DNA of 45,523 nt from Neovahlkampfia damariscottae (Eukaryota): contig JABLTG010000153.1 of the NCBI GenBank assembly GCA_016618085.1, positions 1 to 45,523 of the forward strand. Reading direction: 5' to 3'. Both the position numbers and the translations under genes were made by a program. The notes beneath the pieces are model-generated. The model searched no databases. It was given only the letters and a program-made list of their open reading frames with translations, and had not been told where the DNA came from. Numbering within the stretch: position 1 is the first letter of the stretch; each line of letters begins with the position of its first letter. Shown here piece by piece: positions 10,873-22,350 of the stretch.

Positions 10873-13800
10873 ATGTTTCAAAAGCGGATATTTGAGAAAC
10901 AGAACAATATACTGCTGAGTTCGAATAGATCAACAGCAATTTTAAAAACAACATCACTCACCACTGTATGTTGTCAAAAATCATGGAAATCAGGAACACA
11001 TTATTTTTCAGTCAAAATTGAAAAAACTACAAATCCTTCCAATATTATGGTTGGTTTGGTATCAAAAAAAAATATGAACACAAGTCAAACTTATATCTCA
11101 GATGTAATTTCTGGATATGGTTATTTCGCAAAAGATGGTAAAATCAGTTTTTATATTTTTATATTCTTTAGGGTAAATATTTGAATTAAATTTGACAAAT
11201 TGAAGCTGTATCATTCATGAAGGAAAAATAAGTGAATATGATGAAGCTTTTGGAGTGAAAGATGAAATTGGTTGTCTTGTAGATTTTGGTCGTGGGGTAA
11301 TTGCTTTTTTTAAAAATGGAAAATATTTAGGAATAGCTTTTAAAAAAGTTACTGGATACTTAAGTCCTGCTGTAACTTTATTCAATTCAGGTGATACTGT
11401 TACAATGACTACAAAAAAATATTCACCACAAATTCCAAAGAACTTTGTGAAGAAAAAAAATTTTTTAAAGAATGGAAATTTTATAACATTAAAAACACAT
11501 TTAGGAAATTATTTGTACATAAATGATCAAAATCAAATAACAACTGTTCAACAATTAAATGAACAATGTAAGTTCTTGGTGAAAACAATTGAAAACACCA
11601 ACAATTTGATGTGTTTGAAAGAGTTTATACATGGATATTTATTGTATGTCACAAATAAAATGGATGTTAAATTGAAAATTGAAGAGTGTGGAAATGGATT
11701 TACAATTTTTTCAAATGGAGCATATTTAGGTTTAACAACGGGTAAATTTTAAATTTGACAATTCATATTTTCATAGATAATAGAATTTGTTTATTCAAAA
11801 CAAAAACTAAGGAATCCATTTTTTATCCAACCATTGTTGAGAAACCAAATTTAGAAAAGAAAGTTAATGAAGAATTGATTGAAGAAGAAGAGATTTCAGA
11901 AGAAAAGAAATTAGTTGAAAAAAGTAATAATGATTTAACAAAATTGATAAATATCAAAACTCCGTCATTTGAAAATAAAGAAAAAATGAATGAAGATTTG
12001 AAACAGAAATTATCAGAAAAGAAAGAATCATATTTGAAAAATGAAAAAATGTTAACATTCAATTCATTGACAAAAGAATCACCTTTGAAAATTGAAATGG
12101 ATGGAATGAAAATTAGCCAATCATTCAATGGTACTTTTTCTGTTGTTTCTGATAGGAAATTGAAGTCTGAAAATATCAATTATTTTGAATTTCAAATCTA
12201 TTGTATAAATCCAATAAATGAATGGATGTAAGTGATACTTTTTTTTCACCCTATCATTTATAGTTGTATTGGTGTTCTACCTTCATTTTATGAAATTCCT
12301 CCGAAAATGTTGGGAAAGAATTTGAATTTTGTTGGTGCTTTAGACAAAGAATACTCTATTGGAAGTGATGGACAATTCTTTGCTAACGGTGCTTACATGA
12401 ATAAATACAAAAAAAATGAAGATTTCATGTTTAAGACAGATGATATCATTAGTATTTATTTTCATCAAAACATTTTAGCTTTTTTCAAAAATGGAACAAA
12501 ACTTCATTCATTTGATGTCAGTGGTACTGATGAATATTATGTTGCTATGACTTTATTTGGTCTTTCTCCTTCAATTGAAAGTGTCAATCCACAATTATTT
12601 TCACTTTGTATTCCAAAGAATGTTTTAGAGAAAAAAGTTGATATTGAACCTAAGAAAAAACCAATTCCAAGACCTAATACTTTAATTCCTGGATCAATTG
12701 CGACTGGAATTATCAAAGGAAAAACACCCCCACCAATACCATCAAAATTGATTAAAAAAAAGACAAATTCTTACGGGGAAGCAGGTGATATTTCATTCAC
12801 ACCGGATCAACATAACGTCAAAAAGAAATCAGGATCATTTGGTATTTCAAATCCAATCTCTTTTGATGACAAAGAAAAACCACCAATCGGTTTTAAAGAA
12901 GGAATGATTGTAACCATTAAAACAGGAAATGATGAATATCTTTCTTGGAATAATAACATGTTACAACTTAATAAATCCATAACTGAATATTCTCTCTTTG
13001 AAATTATGATCAATGGAAACTATCTACAATTAAAAAATAATGATAATTTCTTAAAAATTGATAATAATCCAATTATTAAAATTGAAAAAGAAGGTTATGG
13101 ATATATCATGTCATCACCAGGTTTTTCAACAAAATATTTGGGTGTATCAAAAGTTGAAAATACATTCTTTGAAACTAAAAACAAAAAACATCCTGATTTA
13201 ATATTTTACATTGAAATTCCTATTGATAAAACTAAACAGAAATCACAAAGCTCAGAGAAATTAATACCTGATGATCCAATGAAATCATTTGAAAATTATT
13301 TTAAAAGTGGAAATATCCTGTCACTCAAATCTTATTGGGGAAATTATTTTTATTATTCACAAAATATACCTTCTATTTCAAATGAAGAATCAAGGGCAAC
13401 ACAATTTATTGTTGAAAAAATGGGTAATAAATACAGATTCACAAATGAAAAAAATATTCCAATTGTGTGTACATCACCAAATGATTACTTGTTCACTATT
13501 ACAGAACATTCAAATCCTGAAATTAATGGTTATTCATTATTATCAGATGGTGGTAAATATTTAGGTATTTCACAAGATAAAAAAATTTTATTGTATTCCA
13601 CAAATGATGCAAAGGAAACAAGGTTTTATCCAATCAAATATGATTTGTTCTTTGGTATTGGTCCTTTTCAACAAGGAACCGAAATTTATTTGAAAACTAT
13701 TTTTGGATTTTATTTATCATCTGATCAAATATTGCAATCAACCACTGTAAAAAACGAACATTGTAAATTAACAGTTGATCAATTTTGTCAATTATTTAAA

Positions 13801-14910
13801 TTCAAGAATTCTCAACAAAATTATATTCAATTTTCAAAAAATATCAATGATAATTTAGTGTATATTATAGAGTACAATGATCCTCAAAAGAATGGTTATT
13901 CAATCGTTTCCAATGGTAAATATCTTGCAATTAGTCAACAGGGTCAAATTGTTTTAAGTAATACATTCAATGCTTGGGAAACTAGATTCTTTCCTGAAGT
14001 AGTTAAAAAAGAAGTTTTTAAAGCACCAGTCACACTATCTCATATTCCTTTCAAAATGAATTTGACACCGGTCAACGGAAAGTCAAATTCTATCATTTCA
14101 AAAAATCCATCAATTGTAACACCATCAAAGATTTTACAACCAAAAATTGAACCTACAAGTTCTTGGAGGTTGAATAAAAAACTGCTAGAATCTAAAAACT
14201 GGATTGAGAAAACCACTTATAAAATATTGAAAATTGAACCTCAAAATCTGGAGTACAAAAAAATTACAAAGCATTTTGATGATAGTAAATTCAAAATTAC
14301 ACATGCATATTGTGTTTATAATGATTCATTGGAACATTTATTTTCTCATCGTTTAGAAAATTTATCAATTAGATTAACCAAAGATGTCTTCAAACCAAAA
14401 TGGGAAAATGAAACTAACAAAGAAACTCGTTTAAAAACATTAGATAGAATGAATACATTTGTTGAAGAAGAGTATAAAGGTGTGAAAATTATTCCTATTT
14501 TTCATGGTTGTTCAAGAGAATCTGTTTATGAAATTTGTGAAACGGGATTTGCCAATTTGAAATTGACAGATTCTGGATTTTTCGGAACAGGATTTTATGG
14601 AACTACTCAATCTGAATATTCATGTCGAGTTTATGGAAAAGGAGTAACTTTGTTATGTTATGTTTCAGTGGCGAATGTTTATCCAGTGATTGATGGTGAT
14701 ATGAAAAAACTCATTGGAAAGAGTAATTATTTGAATTTTGATTCACATTATGTTCCTGTATATCCAAAAGATATGACCAAACATATTCTTGGAAGAGAAA
14801 GAACTTATTATCCAATCAAATCAGATCAAAAACCAACTTATGACGAATTTGTTGTTTTTCAAGAAAGTCAAATTATTCCTCGATATTTGATTTATTATGA
14901 ACCGAAATAA
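10873..14910 (+). CDS. Multidomain protein: SPRY, fascin-like beta-trefoil, second SPRY, beta-trefoil repeats and a C-terminal PARP-like ADP-ribosyltransferase
   Basis: SPRY motifs HYFSVKI, IMVGLV and DEIGCLVD. ITLKTHLGNYL / LSLKSYWGNY / IYLKTIFGFYL repeats. ART motifs FHG, GFFGTGFYGT..SEYS and YDEFVVFQESQIIPRYLIYY. The ORF pieces join through short GT-AG introns near 11138-11205, 11742-11776 and 12228-12263. Confidence 0.75.
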
Positions 14911-14956
14911 ATTTCTAAAAATAAAATCTCTTTTATTGGTTAAAACTATTTGTAAA

Positions 14957-15500
14957 ATGTTCTGGAGACAAAGACAACCTCCTCCTAAATTGATACTACA
15001 AGATATAGACCCAAAAGCGAAAGTATCCCAAGTTTCTTTAGAAATGATTGAAAACTTCTTTGAAGAATGGTATTCGAAAAAAAAAAAAAAAAAATTCTAA
15101 AAATTTTAACAGTAAAAAACCTCGAAAACCAAAAAGGTCATGGTGGTCAAATGACGATAATGATTCAAAACCATGGTGGGAAGGTGATGATGATGATCAA
15201 CAACCTGAAGAACCAGGTCCAGTTATAGCAATAATTTCTGCTGTCAACTCAGCACCTGAAGTTGACATGAAAAAAGTTGAAGAATTGATAAGAGAAATTA
15301 CACTTGATTCAGTTGAATGGAAAGCTTCAGAAGTGATTGATTATATTTATGGTTTAAAAAAATTAAGAATTGCGGTTGAACTTGATACAACAAAAACAAC
15401 AAAGGAGGAATTAGAAGATAAATTAACAAAGTTAGATGATGATTTTATTGCATCTGCTGATATCGTAGAATGGGACAGAATTGAAATGGTTTCACCATAA
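14957..15500 (+). CDS. EF1-beta/delta guanine-nucleotide-exchange domain protein (divergent, 2 exons)
   Basis: VDMKKVEELIREITLDSVEWKASEVIDYIYGLKKLRI...DDFIASADIV matches the EF1B GEF domain. A-rich intron at about 15070-15112. Confidence 0.7.
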
Positions 15501-15520
15501 AAGTCTAAAAACAAATTTTT

Positions 15521-16083
15521 TTATTTTATGAAAAAAGGTGTATTTTCTTCATATTTTGTGTAATATTTATTCAAAGCTTCTTGAGTTGCCATCATTTTTG
15601 CATGTTGTACTGAATCTAAAATTTCATATTCTCCATGAATTTCATTGTTAAAAAATATTTTCATTTTTCCGTCGTTTGTTTTTTCAAATTTCAAAGGATT
15701 CTATGAAAAATTAGAGTTTCTTTTAATCATACTTTCTCTATACTAATTTTATCATGTTCAAGTAAAAAGTCAACCTCGGCCATTGGATTTTCTTCTTTCA
15801 AAAATTTTGTTACATCTATTGGATCTTGAGTTATCACTTGATTTATAATGTATTCTCTACATTTTTCTAATCCTTCATTATTATATATTTTAATTAAATT
15901 TGGATAAAAATTTTGAGTTTTGTTCAATCTACTAGTTTTCGTGAATTCCATCAAGATTTTTTCTAGTTGATTTTTTTTTAAATTTGGAAAATGACCATAG
16001 AGATAATCACCTTATTAATTTAAATATTTGGTTAATTTACTAACAGAAAATCTGACTAATCTTTTGCAAAATAATTTTATCAT
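15521..16083 (-). CDS. RNase III-like / dsRBD-like protein, possibly mitoribosomal mL44-like (3 exons)
   Basis: Hand-spliced model MIKLFCKRLVRFSV|SDYLYGHFPNL...IYNNEGLEKCREYI...|...AKMMATQEAL. These resemble degenerate RNase III helices and the dsRBD alpha2 motif; the N-terminus is basic like a targeting peptide. Confidence 0.4.
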
Positions 16084-16237
16084 CTGTTAAAAAATTGAAG
16101 TTGGTAATGAATGTGATTGGATTATTTTCTACACCAATGATAATACTTTTGGAATGTATTCATCATTATTTCTCCACAACAATACTAAGATAATTTATTG
16201 AGTTTTGACCAATTCTGCTTTTTCATTGGTGGAACAA

Positions 16238-17406
16238 ATGACAGAAAAATTAAGGATTGGTGTCGTTGGTTTGTTGTTGTTTGAATTAATTTATAGGAAC
16301 TGGATGGGGCACAGATGTCATATGTCCAATTTTTCTTTCACTTGGAATTGAAATTACTGCTTTGTGGGGCAGAAACGAAGAGAAAACAAAAAAAATTTCG
16401 GAAAAATTAAAAATACCATTCCACACAACAGATTACTCTGAATTTGTAAACCATAAAAATATTGATTTGATATTCATTGTATCACCACCAGAAGCTCATT
16501 TACCAATGGTGAAAGAGGCTCTAGTTTCTGGACGTCATGTTATATGTGATAAACCACCAGCGTTGAATTTAAATGAAATGAAAGAAATGTACAACTTATC
16601 AAAGGTTTGATACAAAAAAAAAAAAAAATTAAAATTCGTCTCAGAAATGTAGTTCACAATTGTCTTTGATGGATCATGAACTGAGATGTTTACCAACAAT
16701 TATAGAAATGAAAAAAATGATAAAATCAGGAAAGATTGGAGAAATCATTCAAATGGAAACTCAATTTGATACATTTTGGGATCCAAATAGAAAGTATTCT
16801 TTGTTGTGTTAATTTTTTTTTTTTAGTTACTCTTGGTGGTTCGATGAATCAAAATCAGGTGGTATTTTCAATGCAATTGGATCACATTTAATTGATATTT
16901 TAACTCATTTATCAGAAAAGAAGATTATTTCTTTAATTGCTGATTTCAAATCATTTAAAAAAGAAAGATTAGATTTATCAGATTCAACAATGAAAAAAGT
17001 TACATCTGATGAATATTGTGCTTTGATATTGAATTATGAAGATAATATTAAATCCATAATGAAAATAAATTCCTACGCACACAAGGATACAAGTGTTCTT
17101 AGAATGAATATTATTATAAATGGAACAGAAGGTTCATTAAGGTATGAAAATGGACATTTGTGTGGTTACAGAAATCAAAATTTATTTCTTGAAATGAAAG
17201 ATGAATACAATGATGTTTTGAAAAATTCATTTTCTTTGGGAACAAAATATTTTGGTGAAGCATTAAAGAAAAATTTCTCAGATGATAAATTTGATATTAA
17301 AGATATTTCAGGGAATTTTGAAACAGCTCTTTATGTTCAAAGTGTTTTAGATGCTGCAAAGAAATCAAATGCAGAGAAGAAATGGATCTCAATAAATTAT
17401 TTTTGA
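16238..17406 (+). CDS. Gfo/Idh/MocA family oxidoreductase (4 exons)
   Basis: IGVV|GTGWG Rossmann motif, GRHVICDKPPALN, DHELR and GGIFNAIGSHLID. Three short introns. Confidence 0.85.
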
Positions 17407-17418
17407 TTGGAAGATTAT

Positions 17419-17494
17419 GTCAATGCGTAGCTCAGATGGAAGAGCATGGGGCAAACTTCCTCGAGGTCGTGTGTTCGAATCACACCCTTTGACA
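17419..17494 (+). tRNA. tRNA-like gene with a non-canonical anticodon loop (nominal AAC); pseudo-tRNA or tRNA-derived ncRNA
   Basis: A box TAGCTCAGATGG. D stem GCTC/GAGC. Anticodon stem TGGGG/CCTCG with loop CAAACTT. Variable loop AGGTC. T arm GTGTG-TTCGAAT-CACAC. Acceptor GTCAA../..TTGAC. T6 terminator at 17495-17500. Confidence 0.75.
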
Positions 17495-17526
17495 TTTTTT
17501 GTGTGAAATTTAAATTTGAGCAAAGT

Positions 17527-18120
17527 TTATTGAATCTTATATTGAAAGTATCCAAAGACCATATAGATGCATCTGTTGATATTTGCAAAAAATCCTCCTC
17601 CACTTCTATTCCCTTTGCAATTTTCTTGTCTGAAATATACTGTTGATACTTTTGACGTTTCTCTGTCGAAATAATGGAGACCACTAGATCCAGATTGATC
17701 AATATTGTTTCTGCAGTGTGAAGAGCTCACGAATTCAGTAATTGGGGTATCAAGACAGTATTGACCAGGATAAATTTCTTTGTAGAATCCATCTTTTTCA
17801 ACATTTGGTTTTTTGGCAGTACAAGTATACATAACACTGGTTGATCTGAATGGAATGCATTCATTAAGGGGATATGATACTTTTTCTTCACATGAATCAC
17901 AATCAAAATTTGAGCATTTTGTTTCAATGATAACACGATTGGATTCACATGAGTGTTTGGAGTATTGTTTGGTTCTTGCATTTAAAAAGCATTTAGAAGC
18001 TGGTACAAAATGACCTGTGTTCATTTCAGTGCAGTTTCTATGATTGGAAACATAGACTGAGGAGTATTGACTTTGAGCAACAATGAAAAATAAGCAAACT
18101 ATTAAAGCAACGAGTTTCAT
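17527..18120 (-). CDS. Secreted cysteine-rich protein of unknown function
   Basis: Signal peptide MKLVALIVCLFFIVAQS; many regularly spaced Cys in two repeat-like halves; intronless. Confidence 0.7.
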   Translation of the reverse strand: MKLVALIVCLFFIVAQSQYSSVYVSNHRNCTEMNTGHFVPASKCFLNARTKQYSKHSCESNRVIIETKCSNFDCDSCEEKVSYPLNECIPFRSTSVMYTCTAKKPNVEKDGFYKEIYPGQYCLDTPITEFVSSSHCRNNIDQSGSSGLHYFDRETSKVSTVYFRQENCKGNRSGGGFFANINRCIYMVFGYFQYKIQ

Positions 18121-18265
18121 ATTTTTTGAGTATAAATCAAGTTGAACATTCAATCAATTTATAATAGTCCAAATTGATTCCAATGAGTCACACCTCCAAT
18201 CGAAATTAAGTGTGGATTCCTTCGAACTTGAAGTTGAACATCGGTATCATCAAATAAAAAAACTT

Positions 18266-20856
18266 TTATAATCTACTTTTTGGAACATTATTGCCTTTTG
18301 CAAGGAATTTCTTATCCAAATATTTGCTCATGTAATCATAGCCTTTAAATGGATCTTGTTGATTAATTTCAGATCTTTTTGCAGCTTCAAACAATTCTTC
18401 ATAAATATTACCATCTGATTTTCCAATAGCTGAACATAAAACACGATCTGGAATATCAAATGAATCAACAAGAGCAACAGCATCAGGTCTGAGTTCTTTG
18501 AGTAAAACAGAAATTGCATTTCTTGCTAATTTTAATTCTTTTAATGTGATAACATCAGCCCATTGATGTTCTGTTAAAACAGTACATGCTAATAAACAAG
18601 CTAATCTTGTTAAAACAGCTTTCATTTTTGAATCTTGAATTGTATCAATAATATATCTATATCTAACAATTGTGAAATAATAACTATGAACTTTAACTGC
18701 ATTAATCAATTCAACTTGATTTTCCCGTGCAGCAGAATCAAAATTACCAACTTTTTCTGCTTTATCAGCAACATATATTCCAACTGAACCAACAATACAA
18801 AGAGAATAATATTTAAATAATCTTTCTAAATATCCAAGATCAAAAAAGTTTTCAACTTTCACAATATCATTTGGTTTGTAATTTGAATATTTAAAATTCT
18901 TATCACCTAATGAATTTAAGTATTCATAAGGACCATGTGATTTAATTCCTTTTTTACTTTTTTGAATTGTTTTAACAATAAATCTAGCTGCTTGTAACAT
19001 TAAAATAATCCAATCTCCTTCAGCTGTAATTCTCCAAACCCAATCTGCTGTAAGTCCAGCAATTCCAGATGATAAAAGATATCCATTTCCACCACATGCT
19101 TTTCTTAAATCTTCAATTCCATCACCACAAAGTGATGTAGCAACTGCTTTAAACCCTGCTGTTGTTGATGCAATTTCAGGTAATTCATCAAGATTTGTAA
19201 TGACATAATTATCTTGTGATCCTTCTCCTGATAATTTTTTGAAATTGTCAATCAACCAAGTTCCAATAAATTTCATTGCATATGCCCAAGCAATTTGTTT
19301 AAAAATTCTATGTTGTTGAATTTGATAATCCATTAATTTAAATTCTTCTGTTTTGTAAGAAACCTTTTGTGATGTATCTGTGAATCCTTGTTTTCTGATA
19401 CAATTATATCTTGTTGCAATTGTACACGCTTGAGCAAGATATGCACCAGCTTGTCTAACCATTGTTCCTCTTGTAAACATCATTGTTGCATAATGTAATT
19501 TACTATCATCTTCTTGACCTTTCTTTGCAGCTTTAACATATTTTCCTTCTTTTGAAACATGTGAATGTCTTCCAAACATCATTTCTCTTGGAATTCTAAC
19601 ATTATGTAATCTTAAAAATCCAGTATCATTTGCTCCATCTCCAAGTTTTGGGCCAAGATCACCAACTTCAATACCTTTAAATGGACGATGATTTTCATCT
19701 CTTATTTGAAGCATAAACACATGTACCCCGTATTCTTTTCCATCAATAATCAATTGAGCATATAATGCAGCATGAGTACAAACTTTACCCAAAGCACCTG
19801 GCCACCTTAAATGTTTAATTTTGATTTTTTAAATTTACCATTTTGTTGCTTGTAATGTTGGTGTATCTAAGATAAATTCTTCAGTTGCTTTATCATAAGT
19901 TGCTGTTGTTCTTAAACCTCTAACATTTGAACCATGTCCTAATTCAGTTTGACAATAACAACCAATCATTCTTAATGTTAAAATTCTTGGTAACCACCAA
20001 TTTCTTTGTTCATCATTTGCCATTCCTAAAACAGTTGGTAAAAATAAACCATGATGATTTCCAAGTGATCCTGATAAAATACTATTTTCTGCCATAAACA
20101 TAACTTCATCTCTTGATGGAATATATTTTCCAAAGAAGTTTTTGTGTACATCATAAAAATGTTTAACATGTGCAGCTAAAAAATCACTTCTACTTAAATC
20201 ATGTTTATGATCAAAATTCATTTTTGATGAAGGTCCTAAAATAAATCTCTTTCTAAAAAAAAAAAAGTTTAGCAATGTTTCTTGGTTTTTACTTTTTAGT
20301 CATTTCGGCTCCTCCATTCATAAAATCAATCATTTTTTTAACATCAAAAGTTGATGTTTCTCTTTCTTTGTCCAAGATACCCATTGTACCTTTTATTTTA
20401 AAATTTTAAAGAAAAAGAAACAAACCTCCACTATTTTTGCTTTCAACTGTTGATGGTACAACTGGAGCAATAGGATCTAATGATAAAGTGTTGTTTGGCT
20501 TTGAAAAATCGTTAGTTACTCCAGAAGCAAAAGTTTCAATTTTTTTTTCTTGTTTTTCTTCTTGTTTTTTTTCAACTGTTGAGGAAGCACCAACTGTTCC
20601 AATAATTGTGAAAGGAGCTGTTTTTTCAATGGTACCTTCAGCGTGAATCATATTGAACTCTTCAGATGCGTCTTTTCCAGCGAACATCATGATTGAGTCT
20701 TTACCTTTTTTTTGTTTGATTTTAGAAAAAAGAAACTTTACCTCCTGGATGTTCATCAAGGAATTTTGTAACATTTAAAACTTTTCCATTGACAATAACC
20801 CAGCAATCATTTTCACTTGTATGTTTGGAAACTTCTTCAACCGAAAATTGTTTCAT
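18266..20856 (-). CDS. ACOX: Peroxisomal acyl-CoA oxidase with an N-terminal cytochrome b5 domain (multi-exon)
   Basis: b5 motifs EEVSKH, CWVIVNGKV, EHPGG and AGKDASEEF. ACOX motifs GCYCQTELGHGSNVRGLRTTATYD, KWWPG, CGGNGY and TAEGD. C-terminal SRL (PTS1). Confidence 0.9.
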
Positions 20857-20947
20857 GATTTGATTGGATGATTTCGTTTGAGGTGAAGATTCATTTTAAG
20901 AACACAAAATAAAATCCCGAATTAAAAAAAAAACCAAGTTTCAAAAT

Positions 20948-21832
20948 TTATTTATATTCAACATCTTTTAATAATCCGCATAATCTCATTGCTCTGATAA
21001 GTCTTGTCATTCCAATTCCACCTCCACATCTTTTGAAAAAGTCGTATGATAAAAATTCTTCCATTTCTTTTTCAACTCTGTCTTTTCCAAATTTTTCGTA
21101 TAAAATTTTAGCATAACCACCATCACTAATTGTATCAAACATGTGTCTCATTTGTTCTTTGTCAATTGATCTTTCAGCTGATCCAATAGTTTCAATTCCG
21201 CAAACAATGACATCAACTTTGTTTGCATAATCATTTCCTTTTTCAACTCTCATGTTCCAGAAAGGTGAAGTATGAATTGGAAAGTTTTTAAGGAAGAATA
21301 CTGAACCAAAATCTTTTTCAATTTGTTCTTCTTGTTCATTCTCTAAAGTTGTGACATTGTATTTTTTTGCAATATCGGTGTAATTTCCTTGTGGGAATTC
21401 TTCTTTTTTTCCGAATCCCAAAAATTGAAGCAATTCTCCTTCTAATTCAATGAGTTTATCCATACCACCATGTGTTTCAAATTCAAAGAGTGGAAATACT
21501 AAATCATGTCTTCCTTCAACTGGATTTTGTTCTTGACGATAACTTGTTGTTAAACAGAAAAATCCTGGTGCTTTTGGGTAGTTTAAGAGTTCATGTTCAA
21601 GCCACATTTGTCCTGTTTGTGGTAAAGGCCATTCTTGTTTTGCATATTTAACTTGAGCAATTGTTGATGGATCTTCACATGCAGCTAAGATGCTTAATCT
21701 TGATTGTGTTGGAACATCAATGAATCCTTTGCTTTTGAAAAATTCTCTGAGCTTTTCGACCACATAATGAAATTCGAATGGATCAATTGTGCATTTTTTG
21801 TTTGTTGATTTCTTTGCTTCTGTAAATGTCAT
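20948..21832 (-). CDS. Class IIb aaRS catalytic-core-only protein (AsnRS paralog / archaeal-type asparagine synthetase-like)
   Basis: Motif 1 LREFFKSKGF; LSILAACEDP and WPLPQTGQMWLE; motif 2 SYRQE...GRH; ETIGSAERS; motif 3 GGGIGMTRL. No anticodon-binding OB domain. Intronless. Confidence 0.8.
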   Translation of the reverse strand: MTFTEAKKSTNKKCTIDPFEFHYVVEKLREFFKSKGFIDVPTQSRLSILAACEDPSTIAQVKYAKQEWPLPQTGQMWLEHELLNYPKAPGFFCLTTSYRQEQNPVEGRHDLVFPLFEFETHGGMDKLIELEGELLQFLGFGKKEEFPQGNYTDIAKKYNVTTLENEQEEQIEKDFGSVFFLKNFPIHTSPFWNMRVEKGNDYANKVDVIVCGIETIGSAERSIDKEQMRHMFDTISDGGYAKILYEKFGKDRVEKEMEEFLSYDFFKRCGGGIGMTRLIRAMRLCGLLKDVEYK

Positions 21833-22350
21833 ATTTGTATATGTTTTTGTTGTTTTGTCAAAAATATTCAATAAGGTGGCATCTCTATTTATTGGTTTCT
21901 GAATTCGAAAGGATAAATTTTGACCAATGAATTTCGGATAATACCCAAATACCTAAAAATGAATGAATACCCTTATACCTTTATACCAGTTATACCAATC
22001 GAATTAGAAACGTTTTCATTCGATAAGCTTTTATCTGGTGATGTTGCCAATTTTCAAAATTCCAAGAAAAGTGATGAATACACTTCCAAAGTATTATGAT
22101 AGAATTAAAAAATGATTTTACCAACATAACAAACATGATATAGATTAATTGAACTCAAACTGTCAAAAGAGTTGATTGATCGAGTAAAATTATTTTCATG
22201 CAGAAAACACATAAAAAGAAGTAGAATTTTTGAGTTCACTTGTTCACTTCAAAGATTTCTTGAAGCCAAAAAGTTACTTTGTTGTACGTGGGTGAGTGAT
22301 AAAAACTACTTGCTATTATTTTAAACCAATCACATTTTTTCAGTTAAACA

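Noticed and set aside
17419..17494. tRNA-like gene as tRNA-Sec or a normal tRNA-Val(AAC)
   Set aside because: No TCA anticodon or long variable arm. It lacks U33 and purine 37, and the acceptor stem is irregular.
17415..17702. ORFs 17415-17702 (-) and 17446-17646 (+)
   Set aside because: They overlap the tRNA-like gene and the secreted protein in other frames and have no recognisable motifs.
21880..22340. Long intergenic region with three TTATACC copies and GTGATGA motifs, considered as a snoRNA or other ncRNA
   Set aside because: I found no matching box D (CTGA) with a terminal stem and no convincing fold. Divergent promoter sequence is the simpler explanation.
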